NCBI GenBank assembly: GCA_964252075.1
Contig: CAXULY010000009.1
Location: forward strand, 76,434 to 140,433
Origin: an uncultured Deinococcaceae bacterium
GTDB lineage: Bacteria > Deinococcota > Deinococci > Deinococcales > Deinococcaceae
Direction: 5' to 3'
Length of the DNA: 64,000 nt
Below, piece by piece: positions 35,837 to 44,371 of the stretch. The notes beneath the pieces were generated by a model. It did no database searches. It was not told the DNA's origin and saw only the letters and a program-made list of their open reading frames with translations. Numbering within the stretch: position 1 is the first letter of the stretch; every line of letters starts with the position of its first letter. Position numbers and translations under genes: made by a program.

Positions 35837-36439
35837 ATGAAAAACGAGTACCCCGTCCGCGCGCACCGCACCGAAACGAAGTACGACACGAAGGACCAGC
35901 TCATGACGCTGCTGGATCTGCAGGTGCCCTCGGACGCCCTGGAGTTCCTGCGTGAGGCGCACGTGGCGCAGGAAAGCAAGTACGTGACCTTCCGCCTGTG
36001 CGTGCGCGCGCAGCGGGACGGCGACTGGCGGTACCTGAGCTTCAACAGCAAGGGCAGCAAGATGAAGGACTTCGTGCCGGTCGTGACGCTGGAGAAGTTC
36101 GCCAGCAGCCATGACGACGTGAACAGCCTCTTCGACCCGTCCCTGGTGGAGCTGGTGCTGATGGTGGAGGTCCAGGAGCCGCGCAGCCTGTTCGGCGAGG
36201 GGGACGGCGAGGAAGGCGAGGGCCAGGACCAGGGCGAGCTGGACGCGGCGGGCGCCGAGGCGGAAGCGGACGGCCCCACCGTGGCGGGCTACACGCCGAT
36301 GGGCGTCCTGAACGCCCCCGCGCGCGAGGCGCACGCCCTGCCCAGCACCGAGCAGCCGGACGTGGTGGACGCAGACTTCACCGTGCACGCCGAGCCGCCC
36401 ACGCCGGGCGAAGACGATCTGCCCTTCCCCTCCGCTTGA
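35837..36439 (+). CDS. Hypothetical protein with an acidic tail ending DDLPFPSA
   Basis: Strong SD; folded N-terminus and disordered acidic C-terminus. Confidence 0.75.
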   Translation: MKNEYPVRAHRTETKYDTKDQLMTLLDLQVPSDALEFLREAHVAQESKYVTFRLCVRAQRDGDWRYLSFNSKGSKMKDFVPVVTLEKFASSHDDVNSLFDPSLVELVLMVEVQEPRSLFGEGDGEEGEGQDQGELDAAGAEAEADGPTVAGYTPMGVLNAPAREAHALPSTEQPDVVDADFTVHAEPPTPGEDDLPFPSA

Positions 36440-36444
36440 ACACC

Positions 36445-36464
36445 CGCCCGCCTTCGGGCGGGCG
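36445..36464 (+). terminator. cUUCGg hairpin
   Basis: CGCCCGCC-TTCG-GGCGGGCG. Confidence 0.55.
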
Positions 36465-36485
36465 CTTCCCCCTTGAGAGGCTGAC

Positions 36486-37247
36486 ATGGACCTGCAACAG
36501 TTCAACTTCAACCTGACCCCCGTGCGCGTGGTCATGATCGACGGCCAGCCGTGGTTCGTGGCGGTGGACGTGGCCCTGATCCTCGGTTACCGGAACGCGC
36601 CGGACGCCACGCGCCTGCTGGACGAAGACGAGAAGGGTACGCACATCCTGCGTACCCCCGGCGGCGCCCAGGACGCGACCGTGATCAACGAATCCGGCCT
36701 GTTTAACCTGGTGCTGCGCTCCCGCCGGGCGGAGGCGAAGGCCTTCCGCAAGTGGGTGACGGGCGAGGTGCTGCCCGCCCTGCGCCGCACCGGCACCTAC
36801 ACCGCCGCGCCCACCCTGGACCTCTCGGACCCGCTGGTGCTCGCGCAGCAGTTCGTGGAGGCGGAGACCGCGCGCCGCGCGCTCGCCGCGGAGAACGCCG
36901 TGCTGGGCCCGAAGGCGGACGTCTTCGACGCGCTCATGGACAGCGACGGCCTGTACAGCATCGCCAGCGCCGCCAAGGTGCTGGGCACGGGCGAAGTGCG
37001 CCTCTTCACGCTGCTGCGGGACCGCCGCATCCTGATGGACCGCCACCGGAACGGCCCGGAGGCGCACAACGTGCCGTACCAGCAGTACCTGGAGCGCGGG
37101 TACTTCCAGGTCAAGACCCGCCCGTTCGAGAAGCCGGACGGCAAGCATGGCACTAGCATCACCACCTTCGTGACGCCCAAGGGCCTGACGTGGCTGCAGA
37201 AGAACATGCGGGACCAGGGCCTGCTGCCCGCCCCGAGGTCCGCGTGA
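36486..37247 (+). CDS. Phage antirepressor (BRO-N plus KilA-C/ANT)
   Basis: GQPWFVAVDV, INESGLFNLVLRSR, FRKWVTGEVLP; PKADVFD, PYQQY, VTPKG. Confidence 0.9.
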   Translation: MDLQQFNFNLTPVRVVMIDGQPWFVAVDVALILGYRNAPDATRLLDEDEKGTHILRTPGGAQDATVINESGLFNLVLRSRRAEAKAFRKWVTGEVLPALRRTGTYTAAPTLDLSDPLVLAQQFVEAETARRALAAENAVLGPKADVFDALMDSDGLYSIASAAKVLGTGEVRLFTLLRDRRILMDRHRNGPEAHNVPYQQYLERGYFQVKTRPFEKPDGKHGTSITTFVTPKGLTWLQKNMRDQGLLPAPRSA

Positions 37248-37561
37248 GCCTCGCGGAGATCTTGGCGGGCCTGCTCGAGCGCGCGCAGCACCTGAAGCCC
37301 GGCCAGCACGTGGATACGCGCCTGGGCAGCGGCCTGAAGGTCATTGTGGGCCGCGCGGCCAGCACCGGGCGGCGCGTGATCAGCCTCAGCCGCACCTCCA
37401 GCACCGCGCCCAGCAGGAAGGAAGCCGAGGTGGTGGCCGCGCATGCCGGGTGGACGGGTGCGGAGATCATCGGGCCGGTCCCCTTCACCAGCGGCTTCAA
37501 GGGCTACATCATCAACGAACCCCGGCAGGCTGACACGGGCGAGCAAGGCCGGCTGCTGTGA
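37244..37561 (+). CDS. Hypothetical phage protein
   Basis: GTG coupled to the antirepressor stop. Confidence 0.6.
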   Translation: MSLAEILAGLLERAQHLKPGQHVDTRLGSGLKVIVGRAASTGRRVISLSRTSSTAPSRKEAEVVAAHAGWTGAEIIGPVPFTSGFKGYIINEPRQADTGEQGRLL

Positions 37562-38373
37562 AGGCGCAACCGACCCTCTTCGGGGACTTCGAGCAGAGCG
37601 CGCCCACTCCGCTGGCCCTGGCCCTCGCCGAGCGTGACGCAGGCGCCCTGTTCGTGGTGAACCACAGCGGCGGCAAGGACAGCCAGGCCATGCTGATCCG
37701 AGTCTTGGAGCTGGTGCCCGCCACGCAGGTGCTGGTCGTGCACGCCACGCTGGGTGAGGCAGAATGGCCCGGCGCGCTCGAGCACGCGCAGCAACAGGCT
37801 GAAGCGGCGGGCGTGCCGTTCGTGGTGGCGCAAGCCGTGAAGACCTTCTTTGAGATGGTCGAACACCGCTACACGGTGCGCCCTGGCCCGAACTCCCCAT
37901 GCTGGCCCAGCGCCAGCAACCGCCAGTGCACCAGCGACCTCAAGCGCGGTCCCATCGAGCGCGAGGTGCGCCGGTACGCGAAGGCGCGCGGGCTCACCCG
38001 CATCGTGGGCTGCATGGGCCTGCGCGCCCAGGAAAGCCCCCGCCGTGCGAAGGCCCAACCCTGGCGCCTGAATGAAGAGCAGAGCGTGGCGGGCCGCACC
38101 TGGCACGAGTGGCTGCCGATTCACGACCTGCGCACCACTGACGTGCTCGCCACGGTGCGCGAGGCGGGCCAGGAGCTGCACCCCGCCTACGCCCTCGGCA
38201 ATGAGCGCCTGAGCTGCGTGTTCTGCATCATGGCCAGCGCTGGCGACCTCCGGAACGGCGCGCTGCACCACCCCGAGCTGTACGCGCGGTACGTCGAAAT
38301 TGAGCGCCGCACCGGCTACACGATGCACATGAGCCGGAAGAGCCTGCCGGAGCTGACAGGGGTGCCTGCATGA
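37558..38373 (+). CDS. PAPS reductase/DndC-like PP-loop protein
   Basis: HSGGKDS, RQCTSDLK, GLRAQESPRR, HPAY..G.ERLSCVFCI. Confidence 0.85.
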   Translation: MKAQPTLFGDFEQSAPTPLALALAERDAGALFVVNHSGGKDSQAMLIRVLELVPATQVLVVHATLGEAEWPGALEHAQQQAEAAGVPFVVAQAVKTFFEMVEHRYTVRPGPNSPCWPSASNRQCTSDLKRGPIEREVRRYAKARGLTRIVGCMGLRAQESPRRAKAQPWRLNEEQSVAGRTWHEWLPIHDLRTTDVLATVREAGQELHPAYALGNERLSCVFCIMASAGDLRNGALHHPELYARYVEIERRTGYTMHMSRKSLPELTGVPA

Positions 38374-39113
38374 AGGCCTTGACGCTGAAGCAACCCTGGC
38401 CCGCCATGTTCCTGCTGGAGGACGACCCGAAGCGCATTGAGAACCGCGACTGGCCCGCGCCGCGCGCCCTGATCGGGCAGCGCCTGGCGCTGCACGGCGG
38501 GAAGGTCCCCACGGGCCGCGCCGCGCTGGATGAGGTGCGCCAGGCGCTGGACTGGGTGAATGACGCGGTGTGGGGCGGTGACGAAGACCCCGCCGAGTGG
38601 CTGGGGGACCCGGAGCTGAAGGCACTGTGCGTGTCCGGCATTTACGGCGTGGCGAAGGTGACGGACGTGGTGCGGGTCAGTGATGACCCGTGGTTCGTGG
38701 GCGAGTACGGCTGGGTGCTCACGGACTTCGTGGCGATTGACCCGCCCGTGCCGCACCGGGGCGCGCAGGGCCTGTGGGACGTGAACCCGGAGGCGCTGGC
38801 GCTGGTGCGTGAGCGGTACCGCGCCGCCACGCGCGGGGCGGCGCCCGCTCAGCCCGCCGCGCAGGCCGCGCCCCCCGCGCAGATCCAGCCGGACGAAGAC
38901 GAAGAGGTGCCGCTGATCCTCGCGCACGACCTCACGCCCGAACAGCGCGCGCAGCTGGTGGGGCAGGTCGTGACGCTCGACCAGACGCGCGGCGCGTTCT
39001 GGAGCTTCCCGCAGGTCCAGGACGCCCGCCGCAAGGCGCTGGCGGACCTGGGGTGCGCCGCCCTGTGGGCGGAACTCGCCCGCGCCCAACAGCTGTACGG
39101 GAGGACCGCATGA
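38370..39113 (+). CDS. ASCH-domain protein with a C-terminal extension
   Basis: MKALTLKQPW...KRIENRDW...LALH...GAQGLW. Confidence 0.8.
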   Translation: MKALTLKQPWPAMFLLEDDPKRIENRDWPAPRALIGQRLALHGGKVPTGRAALDEVRQALDWVNDAVWGGDEDPAEWLGDPELKALCVSGIYGVAKVTDVVRVSDDPWFVGEYGWVLTDFVAIDPPVPHRGAQGLWDVNPEALALVRERYRAATRGAAPAQPAAQAAPPAQIQPDEDEEVPLILAHDLTPEQRAQLVGQVVTLDQTRGAFWSFPQVQDARRKALADLGCAALWAELARAQQLYGRTA

Positions 39114-40075
39114 GCCGCGCTCGAGGCACCTACACCACCCTGGAGAATTGGGCGCTGGACCTCGCGCCCACCCTGCCGGGCGCCGCGGGCTGGGTGCTGA
39201 TCCGCCTGGCGCAGCGCGCGAACTACACCCGCACGACCATGACGGTGGGGCAGCTGATGGACGCCCTGCCGTACCAGCCGCGCGCCCTGCAGATCGCCCT
39301 GGCCCACCTGGTGGCCCACGGGCACGCCGAGGCGCACGGCAATGCGTACTGCCTGCGCGGGGCGCGCACGTCGCTCGCGCCAGACGCGCGTACAAACGTG
39401 CGCTCTGAACAGCCCGAAAACGCGCGCCAGGACGGTGAAACGCAAGACGCCAATTCCGGAATAACCGAGCATAAGAAGAAGGAAGTAGAAGAAAAGGAAG
39501 AAACAGATAAACAGACCCCCCTACCCCCCCAGGGGGGGACGGCGCGGGACACCGCCGCGCCCGGGGTCCAGGACCCCACCTGGATGGATGAGGCGGAGCA
39601 GGCCATGACCGCCGAGGGGCTGGCGCCTGACGGCGCGCCCGCTGACGCGGGCACAGCCCCTGAGGTGGCCGATGGCCAGGACACGCCCAAAGCCCCGCAG
39701 GCAGCGAAACCGGCCAAAGGTGGGGCGAAAGTTCCGCGCCGCGCCGCCGCGCCCGCCGAGCTGCCCGCCCTGCCGGATGACCTCGCCGCGCTGCCTGGGG
39801 TGACCGAAGCGTGGGCGCTGTGGCTGCAGTACCGCACCGAGCGGAAGCTCGCGACGCCCGGCACCACCATCACCTTCCAGTTCGCCCGCCTCCGCACGCT
39901 CATGGCGCAGGGGCACGGGCCGGTGGAGGTGATTCACGCGGCGGTCGAACACCAATGGAAGAGCTTCTTTCCGCCCCCCGCCCCGAACCTGAAGCTTCGC
40001 CCGTCCGGCAAGATCGAAGCCCGCTACGACGCGCCCGCGCCCCGCGCGCAGACCCTGGAGGAACGCTATGGATAA
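39110..40075 (+). CDS. Phage replication initiator
   Basis: N-terminal wHTH, K/E-rich linker TPLPP, C-terminal WALWLQYR..RK domain; precedes a DnaC-like gene. Confidence 0.7.
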   Translation: MSRARGTYTTLENWALDLAPTLPGAAGWVLIRLAQRANYTRTTMTVGQLMDALPYQPRALQIALAHLVAHGHAEAHGNAYCLRGARTSLAPDARTNVRSEQPENARQDGETQDANSGITEHKKKEVEEKEETDKQTPLPPQGGTARDTAAPGVQDPTWMDEAEQAMTAEGLAPDGAPADAGTAPEVADGQDTPKAPQAAKPAKGGAKVPRRAAAPAELPALPDDLAALPGVTEAWALWLQYRTERKLATPGTTITFQFARLRTLMAQGHGPVEVIHAAVEHQWKSFFPPPAPNLKLRPSGKIEARYDAPAPRAQTLEERYG

Positions 40076-40847
40076 CCCCTTCACGCAGGCCCTCGCGCAG
40101 CTGCCCAACGTGGGCCCCGCGCGGCACGACCCCCACCTGCCCGGCTGCCCCGTGTGCGGCGCGCCCGCCCTGCTCGGCTACCAGTGGCTCACGTGGAGCG
40201 ACCTCGAGCACGACTGCGACTGCATCCTGACGCACGACGCCGAGCACACCGCCGGGCTGCTGCGCCTGCACCGCGAACGCATGGCCCTGCCCAACTTCAT
40301 GGCGAACCTCCCGCAGCGGTACAAGCACTACACCCTCGCCAACGCCCCGGAGACCCCCCACCACGTGGCCGCGCTGAAGGCCGCGCGCCAGCTGGACGGG
40401 CGCTGGCTGTACATCCACGGTCCCGCAGGCGCCGGGAAAACCCACATCGCGGTGGGCGCCGCGCGGGCCTACGCCGAGATGGGCCGCACCGCCCGGTACT
40501 GGAGCGTCAACGAACTGGTGGCCGTGCTGCGAGACGCCGCCTTCGACCGCGCGCCCCGCCCGGACCTGCTCAGCGCGGACGTCCTGGTGCTGGATGACGC
40601 CGGGAAACTCAAGTCCACACCCTTCGCTTACGAACAGCTCTACAACACCCTGGAGGGCCGCTGGGCGCGCGAGAAGACCACCATCATCACCGCGAACCAC
40701 CCCGCGTTCCGCGTCAGCGCCATGCTCACCCCCGAAGGCAACGAAGACAGCGCCGCCGCCCTCGCCAGCCGCATGGGCAGCGGGTACGTCCTCCCCATCA
40801 GCCAGGACGCCCCAGACGGCCGCTTCAAGGAAGGCGGCACCCTGTGA
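40068..40847 (+). CDS. DnaC/IstB-like helicase loader ATPase
   Basis: Zn-binding CPVC..CDC; GPAGAGKTH; VLVLDD; TIITAN. Confidence 0.88.
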   Translation: MDNPFTQALAQLPNVGPARHDPHLPGCPVCGAPALLGYQWLTWSDLEHDCDCILTHDAEHTAGLLRLHRERMALPNFMANLPQRYKHYTLANAPETPHHVAALKAARQLDGRWLYIHGPAGAGKTHIAVGAARAYAEMGRTARYWSVNELVAVLRDAAFDRAPRPDLLSADVLVLDDAGKLKSTPFAYEQLYNTLEGRWAREKTTIITANHPAFRVSAMLTPEGNEDSAAALASRMGSGYVLPISQDAPDGRFKEGGTL

Positions 40848-41281
40848 CGCACGACCCAGGCAACACCCCACCCGGCAGCGACACAGGAGCGCCCACGACA
40901 CGGAATGACACGGAAGCGCTGCCCCAGGTGCTGCGGGAGATTGCGGCGCTTGGGGGCTCGCACGTGTCATGCGTAAGTGGGAAGGGATACCGGGCGATGT
41001 GGGTGTTTGACCTGAGGACTGGGGGGGTGGTCTGGACTGGTAATCCCGGCGAATCAGGTCAAGGCGAAGCGCTCGCCCGAGCTGCCCTAGAGGCGCTGTG
41101 CGAGGCGCGCGGGTGGGGCTGGGAGTCACGGCGCGCCTTGAAGTTCGCTGACCTTCCCGGCAACGTGTACGTGCTTGTGGAACTCCCTGGCGGTGCGGGT
41201 GTGTTCACGGCCTGGGCTGACGCGCCCGCCCTGGCGCTCGCACTGGCCGTGCGCGAGGCACTGAAGGCGGCGGGACAGTGA
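40844..41281 (+). CDS. Hypothetical phage protein
   Basis: Coupled ORF with atypical codon usage. Confidence 0.55.
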   Translation: MTHDPGNTPPGSDTGAPTTRNDTEALPQVLREIAALGGSHVSCVSGKGYRAMWVFDLRTGGVVWTGNPGESGQGEALARAALEALCEARGWGWESRRALKFADLPGNVYVLVELPGGAGVFTAWADAPALALALAVREALKAAGQ

Positions 41282-41466
41282 AGCCCGAAGTGAAGCGGGC
41301 CCTTGTCGCGGTGGCGGACGCCCTTGCCGTCCGTGATCGACGGCACCCAGGCGAGTGGAAGTGCCGCCTGTGCGGCGGGGAGTCCAAGCCGAACGGCGGG
41401 CCGATCATGCACGCGGATTCCTGCGCGGTCACGGTGCTGTGGGTGGCCCTTCAGGTGAAGTCGTGA
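41278..41466 (+). CDS. Small Zn-ribbon protein
   Basis: CRLC...HADSC. Confidence 0.55.
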   Translation: MKPEVKRALVAVADALAVRDRRHPGEWKCRLCGGESKPNGGPIMHADSCAVTVLWVALQVKS

Positions 41467-42134
41467 GGCTCCCCTTCCCGCCGTCCCAGAACCACGCATG
41501 GCGCAGCGTCCTGGTGGACGGCAGGGTGCAGGTGCACCTGAGCGAGCGGGGCCGCGCGTACCGCGCCGCCGTCGCCATGTGCCCGGAGGTGTGGGCGCAC
41601 CCGAGGGCCGACGCGAGCTGGCGCCTGCGCCTGGTCATCACGCTGTGCGCGCCGGACCGCCGCAAACGCGACCTGGACAACCACGTGAAGCAGGTGATCG
41701 ACGCCCTCATGCACGCCGGGCTGATCCCCGATGACAGCCAGATTGACCAGCTGGTGGTGAACCGCGGCCCGGTCAGCCCGCGCGACGGCCACGCCCGCGT
41801 GGGTATCTCGCCCCTGCTGGACGGGCGCCCCGTGCCCTTCCCCCAAAGGAACCCCCGCATGAACACGAACCGAACCAACGGCCTCACCCTGATTGAAGTG
41901 CTGGTCGCAGCGGTGATCACCGGCATCTTCGCGGCCATCGTTCTGCCCCTCGCGTTCGGGCACCGCTTGCCGTGCTGGCAGATCAGCCAGCCGAACGGGA
42001 AGTACACGGACCAGTGGGGCAGCTGGGCGCGCCCGGAACCGCGCGGCAGCGGCGTGGCGTTCACGGACACGCGGGGCGTGGCGCACGAGGTGTACGGCAC
42101 GTTCACGATTGACCGCGGGCGGTGCCTGGAGTGA
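41463..42134 (+). CDS. rusA: RusA Holliday junction resolvase, reading through in frame into a prepilin-like domain
   Basis: LPFPPSQN, PDRRKRDLDNHVK..IDAL..AG...DDSQI; no stop before the pilin ATG. Confidence 0.85.
   Translation: MRLPFPPSQNHAWRSVLVDGRVQVHLSERGRAYRAAVAMCPEVWAHPRADASWRLRLVITLCAPDRRKRDLDNHVKQVIDALMHAGLIPDDSQIDQLVVNRGPVSPRDGHARVGISPLLDGRPVPFPQRNPRMNTNRTNGLTLIEVLVAAVITGIFAAIVLPLAFGHRLPCWQISQPNGKYTDQWGSWARPEPRGSGVAFTDTRGVAHEVYGTFTIDRGRCLE
41859..42134 (+). CDS. Type IV prepilin-like protein (internal start)
   Basis: AAAGGA SD; MNTNRTNG|LTLIEVLVAAVITGIFAAIVLP class III signal peptide; two Cys. Confidence 0.75.
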   Translation: MNTNRTNGLTLIEVLVAAVITGIFAAIVLPLAFGHRLPCWQISQPNGKYTDQWGSWARPEPRGSGVAFTDTRGVAHEVYGTFTIDRGRCLE

Positions 42135-42355
42135 CGACCTCCGCGCGAATCCTGGACCTGCTGGGCAAGGCAGGCCCCCTGATCAACGGGGAGGTGGCGA
42201 GCGCCCTGCAGATCGACCGGCGCACGGCGGCGGTGCTGCTGCGCAAGCTCACGCGCAAGGGCTTGGTGCGCGAGGTGCGGCCCACCTCCCGGCAGTTCCG
42301 CCAGGGGTGCCGCCACACGCACCTCAACGCCTACGCCCTCCGGAGCAAGGCATGA
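42131..42355 (+). CDS. Small winged-helix protein
   Basis: EVASALQIDRRTAAVLLRKLTRKGLVRE. Confidence 0.7.
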   Translation: MTTSARILDLLGKAGPLINGEVASALQIDRRTAAVLLRKLTRKGLVREVRPTSRQFRQGCRHTHLNAYALRSKA

Positions 42356-42876
42356 CGGAACCCACCCTGCACCACGCCCGGCAGACCAGTTCAAGCGGCT
42401 GCAACTGGCACGCCATGTACGCCCTGTTCGGCGATGATGGCCTGCTGGACTACGCCCCCTTCGCCTCCCTGAGCTACTGGGCAGCCGTCCTCGCCCACCA
42501 CGGCGTCCTGATCCTCACCCACTACGAAGGGGTGATTGAGCAGCGGCCCGCGCCGCTGCACTGGTGGGCGGCGTTCCGCCAGGTGCTGTACCCAGGCCAC
42601 GCACCCCTGGCCCTCACCGTGCTGACCGGGCGCATCCTGCACATGATCGCGGTCCAGTACCCGAAGGACCCGGATCAGGTGGTGCTGGTCAGCGACAGCC
42701 TGCGCAACAGCGTGAAGCGTTTCACCCTCGAAGAGTTCCACGAACACCCGGTGTACGGCCAGGCGCTGGCCGTCTACAGCTTCCTGCCCGCTGACCCCGC
42801 CTCGCACGACCGGCACGATGTGCGGGAACGCGGCGTGCAGACCCTGGACGCCTACCTTGCGGGCGGGAGCTTGTGA
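42352..42876 (+). CDS. Hypothetical protein, possible papain-fold (C39-like) peptidase
   Basis: QTSSSGC...HMIAV...VSDS. Confidence 0.55.
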   Translation: MTEPTLHHARQTSSSGCNWHAMYALFGDDGLLDYAPFASLSYWAAVLAHHGVLILTHYEGVIEQRPAPLHWWAAFRQVLYPGHAPLALTVLTGRILHMIAVQYPKDPDQVVLVSDSLRNSVKRFTLEEFHEHPVYGQALAVYSFLPADPASHDRHDVRERGVQTLDAYLAGGSL

Positions 42877-43184
42877 CCGCCCTTCCTGATCCCCTCGTGG
42901 CGTTCCTGGCAGAGCGGTACGGTGACGCCCGGCGGCTGCGCGAGGAACGCCAGCGGCGCGCCGCAGAGCCCGCCCAGGGGTTCGCGCAGGCGATGGGCCG
43001 CGTGGCGTCCGCAATGGTGCCGTGGATGGTGCAGCTGGTGGCCGCGTTCAGCACCATCGGCACCGCGCCCACCGGTCCAGACCCGCACACCCATCACGGC
43101 CGCATGACCCTGAACCTTCAGCGCGCCCGCGCCCGCCGCCGCGCGCTGGCTCGGCTCAAGACCGCCCGGAGGAACCACCCATGA
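42873..43184 (+). CDS. Hypothetical phage protein
   Basis: Coupled ORF. Confidence 0.5.
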   Translation: MTALPDPLVAFLAERYGDARRLREERQRRAAEPAQGFAQAMGRVASAMVPWMVQLVAAFSTIGTAPTGPDPHTHHGRMTLNLQRARARRRALARLKTARRNHP

Positions 43185-43432
43185 AGATCACGCCCGAAGA
43201 AGCCCGAAAGCTGTACTACGAATCCAGTCTGCCCGCCACGGAGAAGGAAATGGAAGCCGTGTACGCCAGAATCCGCGCTGTGGCGGGGGACCGGCAGCGC
43301 ACCCTGGTGATCCAGATGGAGGTGCTTGAGGACCGGCTGCCCTCTGTCCGCCAGCAGCTCCGAGAGGACGGCTTCAAGACCAGACTGGAGTGGGACGATG
43401 GGCACCCCGTGCGTATCCACGTGGAGTTCTAA
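43181..43432 (+). CDS. Hypothetical phage protein
   Basis: GGAGG SD; MKITPEEARK. Confidence 0.65.
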   Translation: MKITPEEARKLYYESSLPATEKEMEAVYARIRAVAGDRQRTLVIQMEVLEDRLPSVRQQLREDGFKTRLEWDDGHPVRIHVEF

Positions 43433-43457
43433 CTTGCCGGAGCGCCGCCGCCCCAAA

Positions 43458-43958
43458 GTGCCCCTCAGCCGCACCACCAACCCCGGGCAGGTGAAGGCCG
43501 TGCGCGCCGCGCGCGCCACGGCGGAGGCGTGGTATCAGATGATCCGCCACTGGCGCGTCCACACGGTCGATGTGCCCGCCGCCCCCATCGGCAGCCCCGA
43601 CGCCAGCAAGTTCAAGGTGGCGGGCATCGGCGATTACACCGCCGGGCGCGGGGGCGGGTACGGCGGGCTGGTGTCCGTGCGCCGCCTGCTCTCCCCCAGC
43701 GGTGGCTGGTATGAGGAAGGCGACGTGGCGCGCGCCCTCGCGCAGCTGGTGGTGGGCCGTCCGGACCTCGCGGGGCGGCTGGGCCGCATCCGCAGCGGCG
43801 CAGGCCTGCAGACCCTGCTGCGCGAGGGGGGCGGCTGGGCGTACCCGCGCGAGACCAGCATCGGGTACGCGCTCGCCGCGCTCGCCCTGGGCCAGCACCT
43901 GGGGGACCGCGCCGCCGATGAGTGCGTGAGGATCGTGCAAGTTCAGTTGCGGGAATAG
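43458..43958 (+). CDS. Hypothetical protein at the end of the early region (possible late regulator position)
   Basis: Phage-like codon usage; position only. Confidence 0.55.
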   Translation: MPLSRTTNPGQVKAVRAARATAEAWYQMIRHWRVHTVDVPAAPIGSPDASKFKVAGIGDYTAGRGGGYGGLVSVRRLLSPSGGWYEEGDVARALAQLVVGRPDLAGRLGRIRSGAGLQTLLREGGGWAYPRETSIGYALAALALGQHLGDRAADECVRIVQVQLRE

Positions 43959-44047
43959 CTAATCTCGTATACAGTTTTGTCAAGCTGGACAGAAGTGTCC
44001 GGGCTAGGGCCATCCTCAGGGGTGGCCCTCTTGGTTATCTTGGGGTC

Positions 44048-44308
44048 ATGGCACTGGTGAGAATCCCAACCGGCGAGTGGCTGGATCCTTCTTACGTGGC
44101 GCGTCTCCGAATTGAAGCGCGCGTCTCGTGGGCGCGCAGTGACTTTGACGAGGATCAGGCCCACAGCAAAGACGGAGAAGTTACCACCTTCCACATCATC
44201 GCCACGTTGAAAAACAACGAGGTCATCGAAGTCATCCACCCCGTTTACAGCCAGGAAGAGGCGGAAAAGGCCATGAGCCAAATCATGGCGGACTTCCAGG
44301 AAGAGTAA
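44048..44308 (+). CDS. Stand-alone moron-like small protein
   Basis: Own -10 (TATCTT-6-ATG), own terminator, lower GC. Confidence 0.65.
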   Translation: MALVRIPTGEWLDPSYVARLRIEARVSWARSDFDEDQAHSKDGEVTTFHIIATLKNNEVIEVIHPVYSQEEAEKAMSQIMADFQEE

Positions 44309-44325
44309 GCGACAATCGAGCACGC

Positions 44326-44348
44326 AGCCGCCTTCGGGCGGCTTTTTT
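44326..44348 (+). terminator. Intrinsic terminator
   Basis: AGCCGCC-TTCG-GGCGGCT-TTTTT. Confidence 0.85.
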
Positions 44349-44371
44349 CATGCCCGGAAAGGCAGGTGACC

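Noticed and set aside
43974..43995. RDRM (DdrO box) candidate
   Set aside because: Half-site spacing is 10 nt rather than 7, so it does not fit the 17-bp motif
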